This document shows positions 12,036-26,062 of a stretch of DNA of 64,000 nucleotides, piece by piece. The translations under genes and the position numbers were made by a program. Location: NCBI GenBank assembly GCA_035084275.1, contig JAYJKW010000046.1:1-64000 (forward strand), in the 5' to 3' direction. How positions within the stretch are numbered: position 1 is the first letter of the stretch; every line of letters begins with the position of its first letter. The notes beneath the pieces were generated by a model that did no database searches, was not told the origin of the DNA, and saw nothing but the letters and a program-made list of their open reading frames with translations. Origin of the DNA: Hydrolagus colliei (Eukaryota).

Positions 12036-12250
12036 GGGTTGGGTTGGGTTGAGTTGAGTTGGATTGAGTTGAGTTGAGTTGGGTTGGGTTGGGTTGGATT
12101 GGGTTGGGTTGGGTTGAGTTGCATTGGGTTGCGTTGAGTTGGGTTGAGTTGGGTTGAGTTGGGATGAGTTGGGTTGGGTTGGGTTGGGTAGGGTTGAGGT
12201 GGGTTGGATTGAGTTGAGTTGAGTTGGGATGAGTTGGGATGAGTTGGGGT
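12036..12250 (+). repeat. (GGGTT/GAGTT)n pentamer array in CH3-CH4 intron
   Basis: Visible; second copy at about 25334-25530; absent from D/E/F. Confidence 0.9.
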
Positions 12251-12369
12251 GGGTGGGTGTTGAGCAGAGGGAGGGAGGGGAAGGGAGGGGCAGGTTGGTA
12301 AAGGTGGGGGGAGATAGGAGCTCAGTTGCAATAAGCCAAATAACTCATTTCTTGTGCTGAATCTCTCAC

Positions 12370-12663
12370 CTGGCTTCTTAGATATCGTTCCTCTCTTGGG
12401 CGTCAACATATCGACATGGTTGGCGACGCATTCAAACTCTTTGCCTCCATTCCATTCGCGTGTGGAGACGTTTAATTCACTGGTCACTCGCTGAGCAGAT
12501 CGACTCTCTCGTGCTGACTGTCGAGCCATGTGTCCTTGAGTCCAAGTCACGTTGACCCCGCTGGGAGCGTCGGTCACGACGCAGGTCAGTGTGACCGTGT
12601 CTCCCAACAACACCTGCTTCGGTGAAGGCGGCAGGAAAGAGACCTTGACCTCGCCCAGACATT
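12370..12663 (-). CDS. IGHM: Cluster B CH3 exon (type 1)
   Basis: ECLGEVKV..VTLTCVV..VNVTW..EFECVANH..ISKKP; 294 nt, phase 1/1. Confidence 0.95.
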
Positions 12664-12779
12664 CTAGACCGAGGGGAGAAGAAAAACAAAGATGACCACA
12701 ACAAAAAGACAAGCATGAGAGAGTGTGTGTGTGAGAGCGAGATCTCTGACCACTGAGCTACAGGAGACCCCAACCCTAC

Positions 12780-13097
12780 CTGGGTTCCAATTGGTGATGT
12801 TCTTGATGATGAGGGTCTGGGAAGGGTCATGGGTGACTCTGCAGGAATAAACCACGTCCCACCTCCAGTCTTTGGCCGGGATGGTCAGTCGGCTGTCAGT
12901 ACTGAAGTTCCCATTGTCTTTCAGCGAAGGGGAGGTCTCAATGCCTGAGGTTACGGCCTTCCCGTCCTTCAGCCAGTCAACGATGAGCTTGTCCGGTCTG
13001 AAGCCAGAGACTGAGCAGAGAAGGGTGGCCTGGTTGATGAGGGCGATGTCTTCGGGGGACGTCTGTGTGAGGAGCACAACTGGGGGCGACGGTTGAA
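12780..13097 (-). CDS. IGHM: Cluster B CH2 exon
   Basis: ATLLCSVSGFRP..VDWLKDGK..YSCRVTH; 318 nt. Confidence 0.95.
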
Positions 13098-13581
13098 CTA
13101 CTACAACAACAAAATTAGATTTGTACAGATAGAGCCTTTCGTGTCTAGTAGACATCCCAAGGAGCTGAACAGTTAGGTGGGGGGGAAAGTTAGGAAGGGG
13201 GGAGAGTTAGGAGGGGAGGAGAGTTAGGAGGGCAGCAGAAGGCACGGTCGAAGAGGAAGGTGTTGATACCGGCCTTGAAGGAGGAAAGGGAGGAAGCGAG
13301 TGGGAGGGTTTGCGGGACGGAGTTCCACGGCGTGGGGGGGGGGGGGGGGGGGCAGAGAGACACAGAGAGAGGCTGAAAGCCCGGCCACCGATGGTAGGGC
13401 AGTTAGTGTCAGTGGAGGTGGAGCAGGCCAGAGACTGCTGAGCGGAGGGGACGGGCGGGCAGATAGGGAGACAGCAGGTCGGAGAGATAAGCGGGGACAA
13501 GTCAGTGAATGTCCACACGAGGGCAACGTTGTCGTTGTTGTTGTCTGATCGCCTCTGTATCTTTGGAAACACAAAACTAAC

Positions 13582-13890
13582 CTGGGAAACAGATGTCCCC
13601 GTCTAACCAGATGCTGCTTTTGACCTGACAACAGAGATTGAAGATGTCCACCTGAGATGCCTCGATGGTCAGCTGGCTGCTGGCTGTGTAGAAACCGGCC
13701 TTGCTTAGCACCGGGGGGTAACTCTTGACTTGGCCTTTGTTGGCGATGGGATGTCCTTTGGAGGTCCAGCTGAAAGTGGCCGGCTCGGGGGAGAAGTCGG
13801 CGGCCAGACACCCGAACGTGAGTCGGCCTTCGAGGGGGGGCGATCCGCAGGTGGGCAAGAGGGCGTAAAGACTGGGAGCTGTAGGGGTGG
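13582..13890 (-). CDS. IGHM: Cluster B CH1 exon
   Basis: ATPTAPSLYALLPTC..FGCLAADFSP..TFSW..YTASSQLTI..LCCQV; 309 nt; shark IgM CH1-like. Confidence 0.95.
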
Positions 13891-14007
13891 CTGGAAACGC
13901 GAAGAGAGCAAAGTTAGACCCCCCCAACCAGGTTTCCGCCCTTGTCCAATTGGGTCAGACGCCACAGATACAGTGGACTAGACCTGCCACACTCGTAAAT
14001 ACACACA

Positions 14008-14400
14008 CAGGAGTAGGCCATTCAGCCCCTCGAGCCTGCCCCGCCATTCAATAAGATCACGGCTGATCTTCTAATCTAACTACCCCTACCCCCCGCCTTG
14101 TCCCCATGAACCCTTAATCACATTATCCTCAAGAAATCTCACCAATCTCGGTCTTGAATATGTCCAGGGACTGACTGAGCATCTACAGCCCTTTGGGGTA
14201 GAGAATTCCATTCATTCACTGTCCTCTTGAGTGAAGATGTTTTTCCTCAACTCAGTGTGAAAAGGGCTGACCCCTCATCTTCAGACTGTGACCCTCTAGT
14301 TATGGTTTCTCCAAGCAGGGGAGACAGTCTCCCACTGTCTACTGTGTCAATGCCCCTTAATAATCTGATAGGTTTCTATAAGATCACCTCTGATTCTTCT
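14008..14400 (-). mobile_element. CR1 LINE 3' fragment (B)
   Basis: Orthologous to 961-1350. Confidence 0.75.
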
Positions 14401-16561
14401 AATCAGGTCTCACACTCAATGACAGCCTGAACCCTGACATCTCAAACGTAAACTGTTTCCGTCCAATAACCCACAGGTTACTCAACACTCTCCTTCTCTC
14501 AGCCAGACGCTCTCTCTCCCTCTCTCTCTCTCTGTGTGTCCTTTTCTCTCGCTCTCGGTGACTGGCCAGCCAGCTCACACTCTGTCCTTCCACGTCACAA
14601 CACGGAGCCTTCAATCTGGGTTTCGCCCACAAACGTACAGTCACTACACTTGACAGTCTATTCTGTGAAGCGCTTTGAGACACAGTCGATCGGATGTGAA
14701 AAGCTGCCACGTCCAATGCAAGGATTGTTCTCATTACTAACACCTGGATCTCTTATACAGAGTTTACGCTGTGTGCTCGATTGAAATCAGATCTGTGTGT
14801 GTTTTCTCCGCCGATCAGTTGGTGTGAAACAGGAACCAGATGATTGTCGAGCACCAACGGCCTCTAGTGTCTACTGTGCGCTGTGAGGAAGCCTCACTCA
14901 ATTGCCGTGAAAATGAAATTGAAATGAAATTCTGAGCTCCTGAAGCTCAGTGGTTAGAGACACTCACTCGCCTCGCAAGCGGGAGACCTGTGTTCGAATC
15001 CATGCAGATCAGGTCAGGGCGAGACCTGGGGCCATATTTGCTTGTTCCACACACACACACACACAGACACACACACACACACAAACACATATACACACAT
15101 ACACACACACACAGACACCTATAGTCATCCCTCCAAAAGAAAGCACAATAAGAAAAATTGTGATTTTCAATCCACGGCTGTGTGTGTGAGACGCTGCTGT
15201 GCGCAATTGGCTGCCGTGTTTCGCTCCCCCACAAATATACAGTCACTACACTTGACAGCCTATTTCGTGAAGCGCTTTGAGACACAGTCGATAAGATGTG
15301 AAAATTATTATATTATTGTAATATCCGAGCAGTTTTAGTGACTGTATTTTCAATGACATCCCAGCAGTGTAAACCCACTTGACACTCAGTCTCCCCCCCC
15401 ACCACCCCAGTCTCCCCCTCTCTCCCCCGGACGAGCCTCTTTCCTTCCTATTAAACAACCGATTGAAATTCAGATTGGAACCGATCAGACAGCCTGCCAC
15501 TCGCTCATCCCACAACATTCAGGCCCTGATTCCGAACACGCGGCAAAAGTTTCAAACGTATTTATTCAATTCCCGACCCCATCGTACCCCCACAATCAGC
15601 AGCCGGCATCACCACGATCAGACATCCCAGGAAGTCTGTCAGTGTGACTTCAGCTGTGGAGTCACTAACCACCGAAAAAATACCACCAATAATACTAATA
15701 ATATAATTATAATGAAATAATTCATATAAATGTTAAATGTAACATGTGACATTTAAATTTTAAATTTAAAAAAGTAAATTTTTTAATTTTAAATTTAAAA
15801 AATGAAAATTTTATATTTTAAATTAAATAATAATAATTAACAATTAACAATTAACAATTGAAATTAATAATTAATAATTAATAACCAATAACCAATAACC
15901 AATAACCAANNNNNNNNNNNNNNNNNNNNNNNNNNNNNNNNNNNNNNNNNNNNNNNNNNNNNNNNNNNNNNNNNNNNNNNNNNNNNNNNNNNNNNNNNNN
16001 NNNNNNNNNNNNNNNNNNNNNNNNNNNNNNNNNNNNNNATAACAAATAACAAATAATAAATAATAAGTAATGATTAATAAGTAATGATTAATAAGTAATA
16101 AGTAATAAGTAATAATTAATAACCTACAATTTAAAATTTGAAATTTAAAATTAATATTAAAAATTTAAAAAATGCATTTTTATAAATTTAAAATTGATTT
16201 ACATTTTTAAAAAAATGCTACATGCTACATGTTAAACGTTAAACTTCCAATTTTAAACTTTAAACTTTAAATTATGAACATTAAATATCAAACATTAAAT
16301 AATAATCATTGCATTTGATTGGCGCTTTTCACATTTTATCAACGTCTCAAAAGCTCTGCACAGAATACACTGAATTGACAATATATTTTGTGGGAGAGAC
16401 GAACACGGCAGCCAATTGCGCACAGCAGCTTCCCAACAAAAAGCCGTGGATTGAAAATAACCAATTTTATTTCAGTGGGAATTTTTTTTGGGGGGACGGA
16501 TTATTATCGAGTGAGTGAGTGAGCGCGTGCTTTCTTTCGCTCGTTCACAATTGTTTCTTAC

Positions 16562-16609
16562 CGTCAGTCACTGTCAGCATGGTCCCTTGACCCCAGTAGC
16601 CAAGATCGT
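16562..16609 (-). CDS. IGHJ: Cluster B JH (DLGYWGQGTMLTVTD), 23-RSS at 16610-16648
   Basis: WGQG motif, GTAAG donor, heptamer-23-nonamer. Confidence 0.95.
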
Positions 16610-17049
16610 CACAGTGCCTCAGTCAGTGGTCTGCTCACTACAATAACTTGCTGTGAGGACAGGTCACACAAACAATCTGTTATTCCAAATGGTAAATTCC
16701 CCAAAAAACAAAACGCAGGGAACCGTCTCTCTCTGTAATGTTCCCAACACCAACAACAACAACAACCGCACAGCACAATCTGCGTTCGCCTGTTGTTAAA
16801 CGCCTGTGTCTTGCTGTGTTCCCGACAACAAAACAGCCCCCATTGCGATTGTCGCCCACGGATTTGAGATTCAAAATTCGACGTTTCATCTGTTTTTAAG
16901 TCAAATCGGCTGAATATTCCTCAGTGGTGGGTCTCCTCATACACACGTCAAGTCTCCGAGCGTTAATTGGGACCCTCTCAAGCCGGCGGTGGGAGAGATT
17001 GAGAAGGTTTTGCTGTTGGAGGGTTTTTGTATTGACAGTTAACGCTGTG

Positions 17050-17059
17050 ACTCCAGTTA
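17050..17059 (-). other. Cluster B D2 TAACTGGAGT, 12/12 RSS (17022-17087)
   Basis: Both RSS read directly. Confidence 0.92.
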
Positions 17060-17362
17060 CACAGTGATACACACTGTGACACAAACCTCAGGCTCAGGCT
17101 GAACCCACAAATACTGTCCTGGCGTTTCCGACAACCTTCCCTCCCTCCCACAGACTCTACACACACACGCGCCCGATAACAATCCCTCCGAGAAAACACA
17201 CACAATAATAATAAAATGGGCCGTTTTCAACCCAACGTTGGCTGTGTGTGGGGGACGCTGCCGTGCGCCATCGGCCGCTGTGACTGTAGCTGTGAGGACA
17301 GTGGCTTGCGGAGTCTGTGGCTGAGGTTTTTGTATGAGGAAGTGGCTGTATGTAGCATTGTG

Positions 17363-17374
17363 ACCCACTGTATA
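17363..17374 (-). other. Cluster B D1 TATACAGTGGGT, 12/22 RSS (17325-17402)
   Basis: Both RSS read directly. Confidence 0.92.
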
Positions 17375-18001
17375 CACAGTGATACAGTCCCATACAAATA
17401 CTGGCCTCGGTCTCTGCTCTCTCTACACTGGCTGCCAAAAGTCACTGAAATTGGCTATTTTAATGCCGGACAGAGTCTCAGATAATAATAGTGATAATAA
17501 TAATAATAATAATAATAATAATTCTTCTATTTGATATCGTGACTTTTTGCATCTTCCAGACTGTGTCTCAATGCGTTTCACAGGAAATACTGTAAAGTGA
17601 ATTGACTGTGTGTTTGTGGGAGAGCGAAACGCGGCAGCGTCCCCCACACACAGCCAACTGTGGGTTGAAAATGTCTGTGTGTGTGTGGGGGGGGGGGGGA
17701 ACGCTGAAATGGCGGGATATCGCAGCACAGACGCTCCTTCACTCAATCCCCTCCTCACTCCCCTCCTCACTCTCCCCCATCGAACCGCCAGTCACTGTCT
17801 CGGTTTGGGGAATGAGACGAGGAATCCATTCCAATTCGAAGCCCGTGTTTTCCCCCCCGTCCTTCCTTTCTGTGCTGCAGACACAGTGTTGACACCATGA
17901 CTTGACTTCCCCCCAGTCAGTCAGTCAGTCAGTCGAGGGTGGGACCTCTCTTCGCTTGTGTGAGTATTTGTAGGAGGCCAGCCCAGGTTCCTCTCACTGT
18001 G

Positions 18002-18307
18002 ACTCTCTGGCACAGTAATATATGGCCGTGTCGTGAACTGTCGGACTTTTGATGATCAGATCGAAGATGTTGTTGGAATCCTCTTTGATGACAGTGACAC
18101 GGCTTTCAATGCCGGGCGCGTAACCATTGCTGCTTGAGGTGTAATAATGCAGGAGCCATTCCAAGCCTTTCCCAGGAACCTGCCTGACCCAGTACATGCG
18201 GTAGCTGCCGAGATTGAACCCGCTGGTTTTACAGGTGAGTCTCACGGCCGTGCCAGGCTTCCCGGTTAGAGTCGCCGGCTGTGTCAGCACCACAGCGCCC
18301 TGGACGC
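18002..18307 (-). CDS. IGHV: Cluster B VH exon, intact; 23-RSS at 17963-18001
   Basis: [56 protein letters not shown]. Confidence 0.96.
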
Positions 18308-18377
18308 CTGCGAGAAACGAGAAAAACGGGACCCGAGGTTAATTACGGCGAGAACCGAGATCCGTGGACGCGGAGAC

Positions 18378-18408
<31 letters not shown>

Positions 18409-18478
18409 CAGAGACAGAGAGAGACACACGGACGCACGCGAAAACAGCGAGACTAGGGTAGGACGAACGCCGACTCAC

Positions 18479-18524
18479 ATGAGAAGAGAGCCAGCAAGAG
18501 GCTGAGAGGTATCAAGGAACTCAT
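18479..18524 (-). CDS. IGHV: Cluster B leader exon ([15 protein letters not shown])
   Basis: 46 nt, GTGAGT donor. Confidence 0.92.
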
Positions 18525-18898
18525 GGCTTCCCAGACAAAGTATCAGAGTTTGACGCCCTGTTTGTTTGAGCCACAACAGCCGAGAGACAGACAGCTGTCT
18601 GGTGGACAGATGGGGTCTGTTACACACTGAGCTGCTATTTAACGACGGGGGACGAGGCCAGGTGTCTAGGCAACAGACCAATCAGGTATCAGGACTGATT
18701 GGGGAGGGGGGGGAGTGGAGGGACGGGGGAGAAGGTTGGGGGTGGGGAGGGTCACACCTCACATTCCCTCTGACCCCCGCACTGATCATTAATTTACCTT
18801 CTGCCTGGACGGCAGCAAATTTCATATTAATTAATACGAGTGTCAATAGTGGGAGCTTTCTGTGGCTCGGTGGTTAGAGCACTCGCTCACTCACTCAC

Positions 18899-18945
<47 letters not shown>

Positions 18946-20372
18946 CGCTTGCCTTGCAAGCATGAGAGATCTGTGTGTTTCAAATCCAGGCAGATCAAGG
19001 TCAGGTCAGGGCGAAAGCTTGGGCAAGTCTCCCTACTCCACACAAACACACACGCACACAGAGAGACACACACACACCCCAAATAATAATGCATCCAAAA
19101 ACAAACCCACTACAATAAAAATAAAATAATAAAAATCAGTCATTTTCAACCCACTGCTGTGTGCAATCGGCTGCCGATCGCGTTTCGGTCTCCCCATAAA
19201 CTATATATATACAGTCACTACACTTGACAGTCTATTCTGTGAAGCGCTTTGAGACGTGGATAAGAGGTGATGCCGCGATATCAAACGCGAGGATTATTAA
19301 TATTATTATTATTACAAACATACACTCAAACATACATACACTGTACACACAAATAAACACATACACACAGACACACACACACACACACACAGCCGCGTGT
19401 GTCCGCCTCACAAAACCACTCCGGCTTTGATGGAACGTGAAGCGAAATTAAGCGGATTTAATTCAATTTAACTAATTTAACTTAATTTTTTCGCGAGTTT
19501 TAAACGGTAGAGACATAATAATAATAAATAATAATAATCCTGGCGTTTGGATATCGCGGCTTCTCACGTCTTTTCGACCGCGTCTCGAAGCGCTTCACAG
19601 GATGGACCGTCGAGTGTAGTGACTGTGTGTATGTGTCTGGGGACCCAAATCTGATGATGTGAGAAGGGCTCAGTTCCTTATCCACAGGAAACACCTGCTC
19701 TCTCTGCCACTGAATTAGAGTCTCTGCCTCTTAATACTGACCTGACCTGAAAGCCGACCACTGGAGACTGGTTAAAAATACTCCAACGAACAGCTCAAGC
19801 TTTCAACACACACGCACACACACTCACACACACACTGACCCACACATACACTCGCACACATTCACACTCACTCACAGACACACACACACTCACTCGCACA
19901 CACACACACACTCATACACACACACACACTCACACATACACACACACACACACTCACGCGCATTCACATTCACTCACAGTCACACACACTCACACACACA
20001 CACTCACACGCATTCACATTCACTCACAGACACACTCACACACTCACTCGCACACACAAATACGCACACACACACACGACACATACTCACACACACACAC
20101 TCAACACACACTCACACACAAACCACACAAACACACACAAATACGCACACACACACACTCCACACATACTCACACACACACACACACACCACCACACACA
20201 TTCACACACAAACTCCACACACACTCACACACAAATACGCACGCACCCACTCTACACATACTCACACACACACACCGACACACTCACACACTCAACACAC
20301 TCACACACACACGCCGAATAATAATCCCTCCAAAAAAGAACCCCAATAATAAAAAATCTGTCATTGGAATCA

Positions 20373-20404
<32 letters not shown>

Positions 20405-22388
20405 GGGGGTGGGGGGGGTGTAACGCTGCCATGCGCAATCGGCTGCCGCGTTTCTCTCTCCCACAAATATATCCATGTACACACAGTCACTACACTTGAC
20501 GGTCTATCCCGCGAAGCGCTTCGAAACGCCGTCGAGGAGACGCGAAAACAAAACGCCGCTGTATCCAATGCCGGGTTCAGTGATTATTAACATTAATGTG
20601 ATTATTAGATTTCTATATTATTCGGGGGATTATTGTTTCTCTCTGGGCCTCGTCACCGATTCGAGAGACTCGCGAGTGGACGGGAGACCATTAGGGGGTG
20701 GCTGGCGGGGAGCAGGGGGTTCGAGCGGCGGGCACGGCTTGTCATAGGATACAGCTGGGATTGACCCCACCCCACCCCCCCCCCACCAATACGTGTGTGC
20801 GTATTTGTGTGTTTGTGTGAGTGTGTGGAGTTTGCGTGTGACTGTGTGTGTTGAGTGTGTGAGTGTGTGTGTGTGAGTGTGTGGAGTTTTGTGTGATTGT
20901 GTGTTGAGTGTGTGAGTGTGTATGTGGAGTGTGTGAGTGTGTATGTGGAGTGTGTGAGTGTGTATGTGGAGTGTGTGTGTGTGAGTATGTGTGGAGTGTG
21001 TGTGTGCGTATTTGTGTGTGCGTGTAGTTTGTGTTTGAGTGTGTGAGTGTGTGTGTGAGTGAGTGTGTATGAGCGTGTGTGTGTGTGGAGGTTGTTTGTG
21101 AGTGTGTGTTGAGTTTGTGTGCGTATTTGTGTGTGTGTGTATTTGTGTGTATTTGTGTGAGTGTGTGTGTGTGTGTGCGAGCGTGTGTGTGCTGGCGCGT
21201 GAGTGTATGTGTCTGTGTGAGTGAATGTGAATACGTGTGGGTGTGTGTGCGTGTGTGTGAGTGTGTGTGTGTGCGTGTGTGTGTTGAAAGCTTGAGCTGT
21301 TTGGTGGAGTATTTTTAACCAGTCTCCAGTGGTCGGCTTTCAGGTCAGGTCAGTATTAAGAGGCAGAGACTCTAATTCAGTGGCAGAGTGAGCAGGTGTT
21401 TCCTGTGGATAAGGAACTGAGCCCTTCTCACGTCATCAGATTTGAGTCCCCAGACACATACACACAGTCACTACACTCGACGGTCTATCCTGTGAAGCGC
21501 TTCGAGACACGGTCGATAAGACGTCAGAAGCCGCGATATCCAACACGCCAGGATTATTATTATTTATAATTATTATTATGTCTCTACCGTTTAGAACTCG
21601 CGAAAAAATTAAGTTAATTAGTTAAATTGAATTAAATCCTTGCATTTGATGTGTGTCTGTGTGTGTTTCTTGTGCGCGTGTGTGTCTGCATGTCTGTGTG
21701 TGTGTTTGTGTGTGTGTGTCTTCACGCTTGTAAGGCGAGTGAGTGAGCGAGCGAGTTCACTCGTGAGTCAGTGAGTTCACAAGTGAGTGAGTGAGTTCAC
21801 TCGTCAGTGAGTTCACTTGTGAATGAGTTCACTCACTCACTCGTGTGTATGTCTGTGTGTGTGTCTAACTGTGTGTGTGTGTGGAGTAAGGAAACTTGTC
21901 CCGATGTCTCTCCCTGACCTGACCTGCCTGGATTCGAACCCAGGTCTCTCTCTCGCGGCTTGTAAGGCGAGCTAGTGCGTTGCTCTAACCCACTGAGCTG
22001 CGGGAGCTCCCAGTCAGACGTCAAGACACCCACAGAACTCGAGGCTCGAGCAACAGGAAAGAGAGGGAGTCAACAGTTCACTGAGTTCTATCGTTTATTG
22101 AGAGTTCGAGTCCGACAAGCCGACAGTGTCTGTGGCGACAACAACGACAATAGCAACACAACCACACTGGTACAGAGCCTCTCACGTCAGGGGGACGTGA
22201 GGGGGGGGGGGGGGGGGAGAGTAGGAAAGGGGGGGAGAGATAGGAGGGCAGCAGGAGGCACGGTCGATCAACACACACGCATATACATAGACACACATAC
22301 ACATATACACAGACAGACACACACACACACATATACACAGACACACACACACACGCGAGGCTCGTCCGTGAAGCTGAGGTTAAGAGAC

Positions 22389-22397
22389 TCATTTCAC
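22389..22397 (-). CDS. IGHM: Cluster C TM2 exon (VK*)
   Basis: TTTTCCAG|GTGAAATGA. Confidence 0.9.
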   Translation of the reverse strand: MK

Positions 22398-22738
22398 CTG
22401 GAAAATAAAATGAAAGATACGATTAATAATTTCAGCCTTTATGGGTGTGTGTGTGTGTGTCTGTCTGTCTGTCTATATGTGCATGTGTCTGTCTGTCTAT
22501 GTGTGTGTGTGTGTGTATGTGGAGTAAGGAAACTTGCCCAGATTTCGCCCTGACCTGACCTGCCTGGGTTCGAACCACAGGTCTCTCATTCACGCTTGTA
22601 AGGCGAGTGAGTTCACTTGTGAATGAGTTCACTCACTCACTCACTCACGAGTGGGTGAGTGAGTGAGTGAGTGAGTTCATTCGTTCGTTCGTGAGTCAGT
22701 GAGTGAGTTCACTCGTGAGTGAGTTGCCGTCTCCTCAC

Positions 22739-22869
22739 CTTAATCAGAGTGACGGTGGCGCTGTAGAACATACTCAGGAAGAAGAGGATGATGAAGGTGG
22801 AAGCTGTAGGCCAGAGGTTGCCACTTTCATCTGATGAAAAACCCTCCAGCGTCATCTCGGCTGAGGAAT
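22739..22869 (-). CDS. IGHM: Cluster C TM1 exon
   Basis: 131 nt, as B but with V to M. Confidence 0.95.
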
Positions 22870-24672
22870 CTGTGCGGATACAACCCGGAGATATATAATA
22901 ATATTAATATTAATAACAATAATCCTGGCGTTTGATGTCGCCGCTTCTCGCGTCTCACAGGCCGCGTCTCAAAGCGCTTCGCGGGATAGACTGTCAAGTG
23001 TAGTGACTCTGTGGATATCCGTGGGGGGAGCGAAACGCGATCGGAAGCCGATTGCGCACCGCAGCATACACCCCCCCACCCCCCCACACACACACACACA
23101 GCCAACATTGGGTTGAAAATGACCGATTTTTATTAACAAGGGATTATTATTAGATGTGTGTGCGTGTGTGTCTGTGTGAGTGTGTCTGTGTGTGTCTATG
23201 TGTGTGTCTGTGGTGACTGTATGTGTCTTTGGTGACTGTATGTGTGTGTGTGTGTGGTAAGGCAACATGCCCCAAGGTTTCCCCCTGACCTGACCTGCGT
23301 GGATTCGAACACAGGTCTCTCTCTCTCTCTCTCTCTCTCACACATTGTAAGAGCGAGCGAGCGACTGAGTGTCTCTAACCCACTGAGCTACAGGAGCTCC
23401 CACACACTGATGTCCCCCCCGTGTGACAGTGTCCAGAGCTACACACAGTCACTCCTCTCACAATCTTGCGGACTCCACAAAGTCATTACACATGTGTGTG
23501 TGTGTGTGTGTGGGGGGAGGGGGGGCGGCTGGGGTGGGGGGTGGGGGGGTGATCAGACACTGTCCCTCACAGTCGGGGTGAAGTTTCGTATCTTAGGGAA
23601 CAATGACCTGGAGTTTATTGTCGAAAATCACTTCAGATTCACTTCAAATAAAACGCTGACTTTACTCTGTGTGTGTAACAGCGATGGAGGGAAAGGGGGA
23701 GAAGTGTGTGTCTGTGTGTGAGTGTGTGTGTGAGTGTGAGTGTGTGTGTGTGTGAGCTTGGGTAACGGTGAATGTGAGTGTGTAGGGCAGTGTGGGGGGG
23801 GTGGAGCTTCGGTGAATGTGAGTGTGTTTCGGTGTGTGTGTGGGCTGGGTGTGTGTGTGTGTGTGTGTTTGTATGATTCAGTGTGTGTGTGAGTATGTGT
23901 GTGAGTGTGCATTTGTGAGCTGAATGGTTATGAATGTGTGCAGGTCTGGGTTATTCTGAGTAGGTGTGAGTGTATGTGTGAGTGTGTGTGTGTATGTGTG
24001 TGAGTGTGTGTGAGTCTATGAGTGTGAGTGTGAGTGAGTGTATGAGTGTGAGTGTGAGTGAGTGTATGAGTGGGTGCTGGGTGGCTATGTTTGTGTGTAT
24101 CTGCGGGACTGGGTTATTGTGAGTAGGTGAGTGTGACTGTGTGTGTGTCAGTGATTGGGTGTGGAACTGGGCTTTTGTGAATAGTTGTGAGTATGTGTGT
24201 GAGTGTGAGTGTGTGTGAGTGGGTCTGGGTTTTTGTAGGAAGATGTGAATTTGTGTGTGTGTGAGCTGGTTAATTATGTGTGTGTGTGTGTGTGTGTGTG
24301 TGCATGTTTCGCTCCCCCACGGATATATGTACAGTCACTACACTTTACAGCCTATTCTGTGAAGCGCTTTGAGACACAGTCTAGAAGACGTGAAAAGCCG
24401 CGATATCAAACGCCGGGATTATTATTATTATTATTACTAATTGAATGAAACCTTCCCCTCTGGGACCTTGACTCGTTACTGACAATAAAGATTTTTTATT
24501 GGATTTACTTTCTTTCCATGACTTCAAATTGGACAAGGTACTGGCAGGGTAGGGTAGGGTAGAGAAGAGTAGGGTAGGGGAGGGTAGGATAGGGCAGGGT
24601 AGGTACGGGAGGGGAGGGGAGGGTAGAGTAGGGGAGGGGAGGAGAGGGGAAGGTGCAACAAAAGGTTGGGAC

Positions 24673-25067
24673 TCATTGACAAGTCTTGACTGTGTCCACC
24701 AGGACGAGGGAAACGTTTACGAAAGTGGGTTTACCGCTGGTCTTGTTGACGTATCTGGTCAGGGTCTTGGACGAGTTGAAGGATCGGTGCCCCACCACAC
24801 AGGAGTAGGTGTTCCCTTTGTCCCAGTCTCCGGCCGAGACGGACAACATACTGTACATGGAGTAGTTGTGACTTGTGTTGGCTGCCATGGCCTCGGTGTT
24901 GGTGTATTGACTGGCATCGATCGACTGGTCGTTGACTGCCCACTCCACGAAGATCTCTTTGGGAGCGAATTCCTTCACCAGGCATGTGAGGGTGACCAAC
25001 TGATGGGCGGACAGTTCTTCAGGCGACGGGAGTAGGAGATACACTGAAGGCCTATTGGTGTCCTGGT
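24673..25067 (-). CDS. IGHM: Cluster C CH4 plus secretory tail (type 1)
   Basis: Near-identical to B; ends TVKTCQ*. Confidence 0.96.
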
Positions 25068-25652
25068 CTGTGGGAAGGAATACAGTCCATATCATCAACG
25101 ACAACAGGAACAGGAACATGAACTTGACACTTGTACAGACAGAGCCTTTCACGTCATGGATGTAGGGTGGAGGCGAGGTTGTGGAGGGCTTTGGGGGTGT
25201 GGGAGGCTGGAGGGAAGGGAAGGGAGGGGATTAGGAGTTGGAGGCGTAGGCGTAGGACTTCCATGGATTGAGAATGTTGGGGGGGTGGGGGCACTGAATG
25301 GCCGAAGGCTCGCCCTTCTGCCAATGGTGGGACGGGTTGGGTTGGGTTGAGTTGAGTTGGATTGAGTTGAGTTGGGTTGGGTTGGATTGGGTTGGGTTGG
25401 GTTGAGTTGCATTGGGTTGCGTTGAGTTGAGTTGGGTTGAGTTGGGTTGAGTTGGGATGAGTTGGGTTGGGTTGGGTTGGGTAGGGTTGAGGTGGGTTGG
25501 ATTGAGTTGAGTTGAGTTGGGATGAGTTGGGGTGGGTGGGTGTTGAGCAGAGGGAGGGAGGGGAAGGGAGGGGCAGGTTGGTAAAGGTGGGGGGAGATGG
25601 GAGCTCAGTTGCAATAAGCCAAATAACTCATTTCTTGTGCTGAATCTCTCAC

Positions 25653-25946
25653 CTGGCTTCTTAGATATCGTTCCTCTCTTGGGCGTCAACATATCGACAT
25701 GGTTGGCGACGCATTCAAACTCTTTGCCTCCATTCCATTCGCGTGTGGAGACGTTTAATTCACTGGTCACTCGCTGAGCAGATCGACTCTCTCGTGCTGA
25801 CTGTCGAGCCATGTGTCCTTGAGTCCAAGTCACGTTGACCCCGCTGGGAGCGTCGGTCACGACGCAGGTCAGTGTGACCGTGTCTCCCAACAACACCTGC
25901 TTCGGTGAAGGTGGCAGGAAAGAGACCTTGACCTCGCCCAGACATT
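25653..25946 (-). CDS. IGHM: Cluster C CH3 (type 1)
   Basis: Same protein as B CH3; 294 nt. Confidence 0.95.
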
Positions 25947-26062
25947 CTAGACCGAGGGGAGAAGAAAAACAAAGATGACCACAACAAAAAGACAAGCATG
26001 AGAGAGTGTGTGTGTGAGAGCGAGATCTCTGACCACTGAGCTACAGGAGACCCCAACCCTAC

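Noticed and set aside
12036-12250. Mammalian-type switch region (resembles GAGCT/GGGGT)
   Set aside because: No AGCT hotspots, G-rich strand is the template, only about 200 bp, and it lies between CH3 and CH4 rather than before CH1
11376-18524. IgW, IgNAR or TCR identity; heavy-chain-only cluster lacking CH1
   Set aside because: Four C exons, IgM tailpiece with penultimate Cys, IgM TM ending VK, ordinary VH with two D segments, and a CH1 with the light-chain Cys
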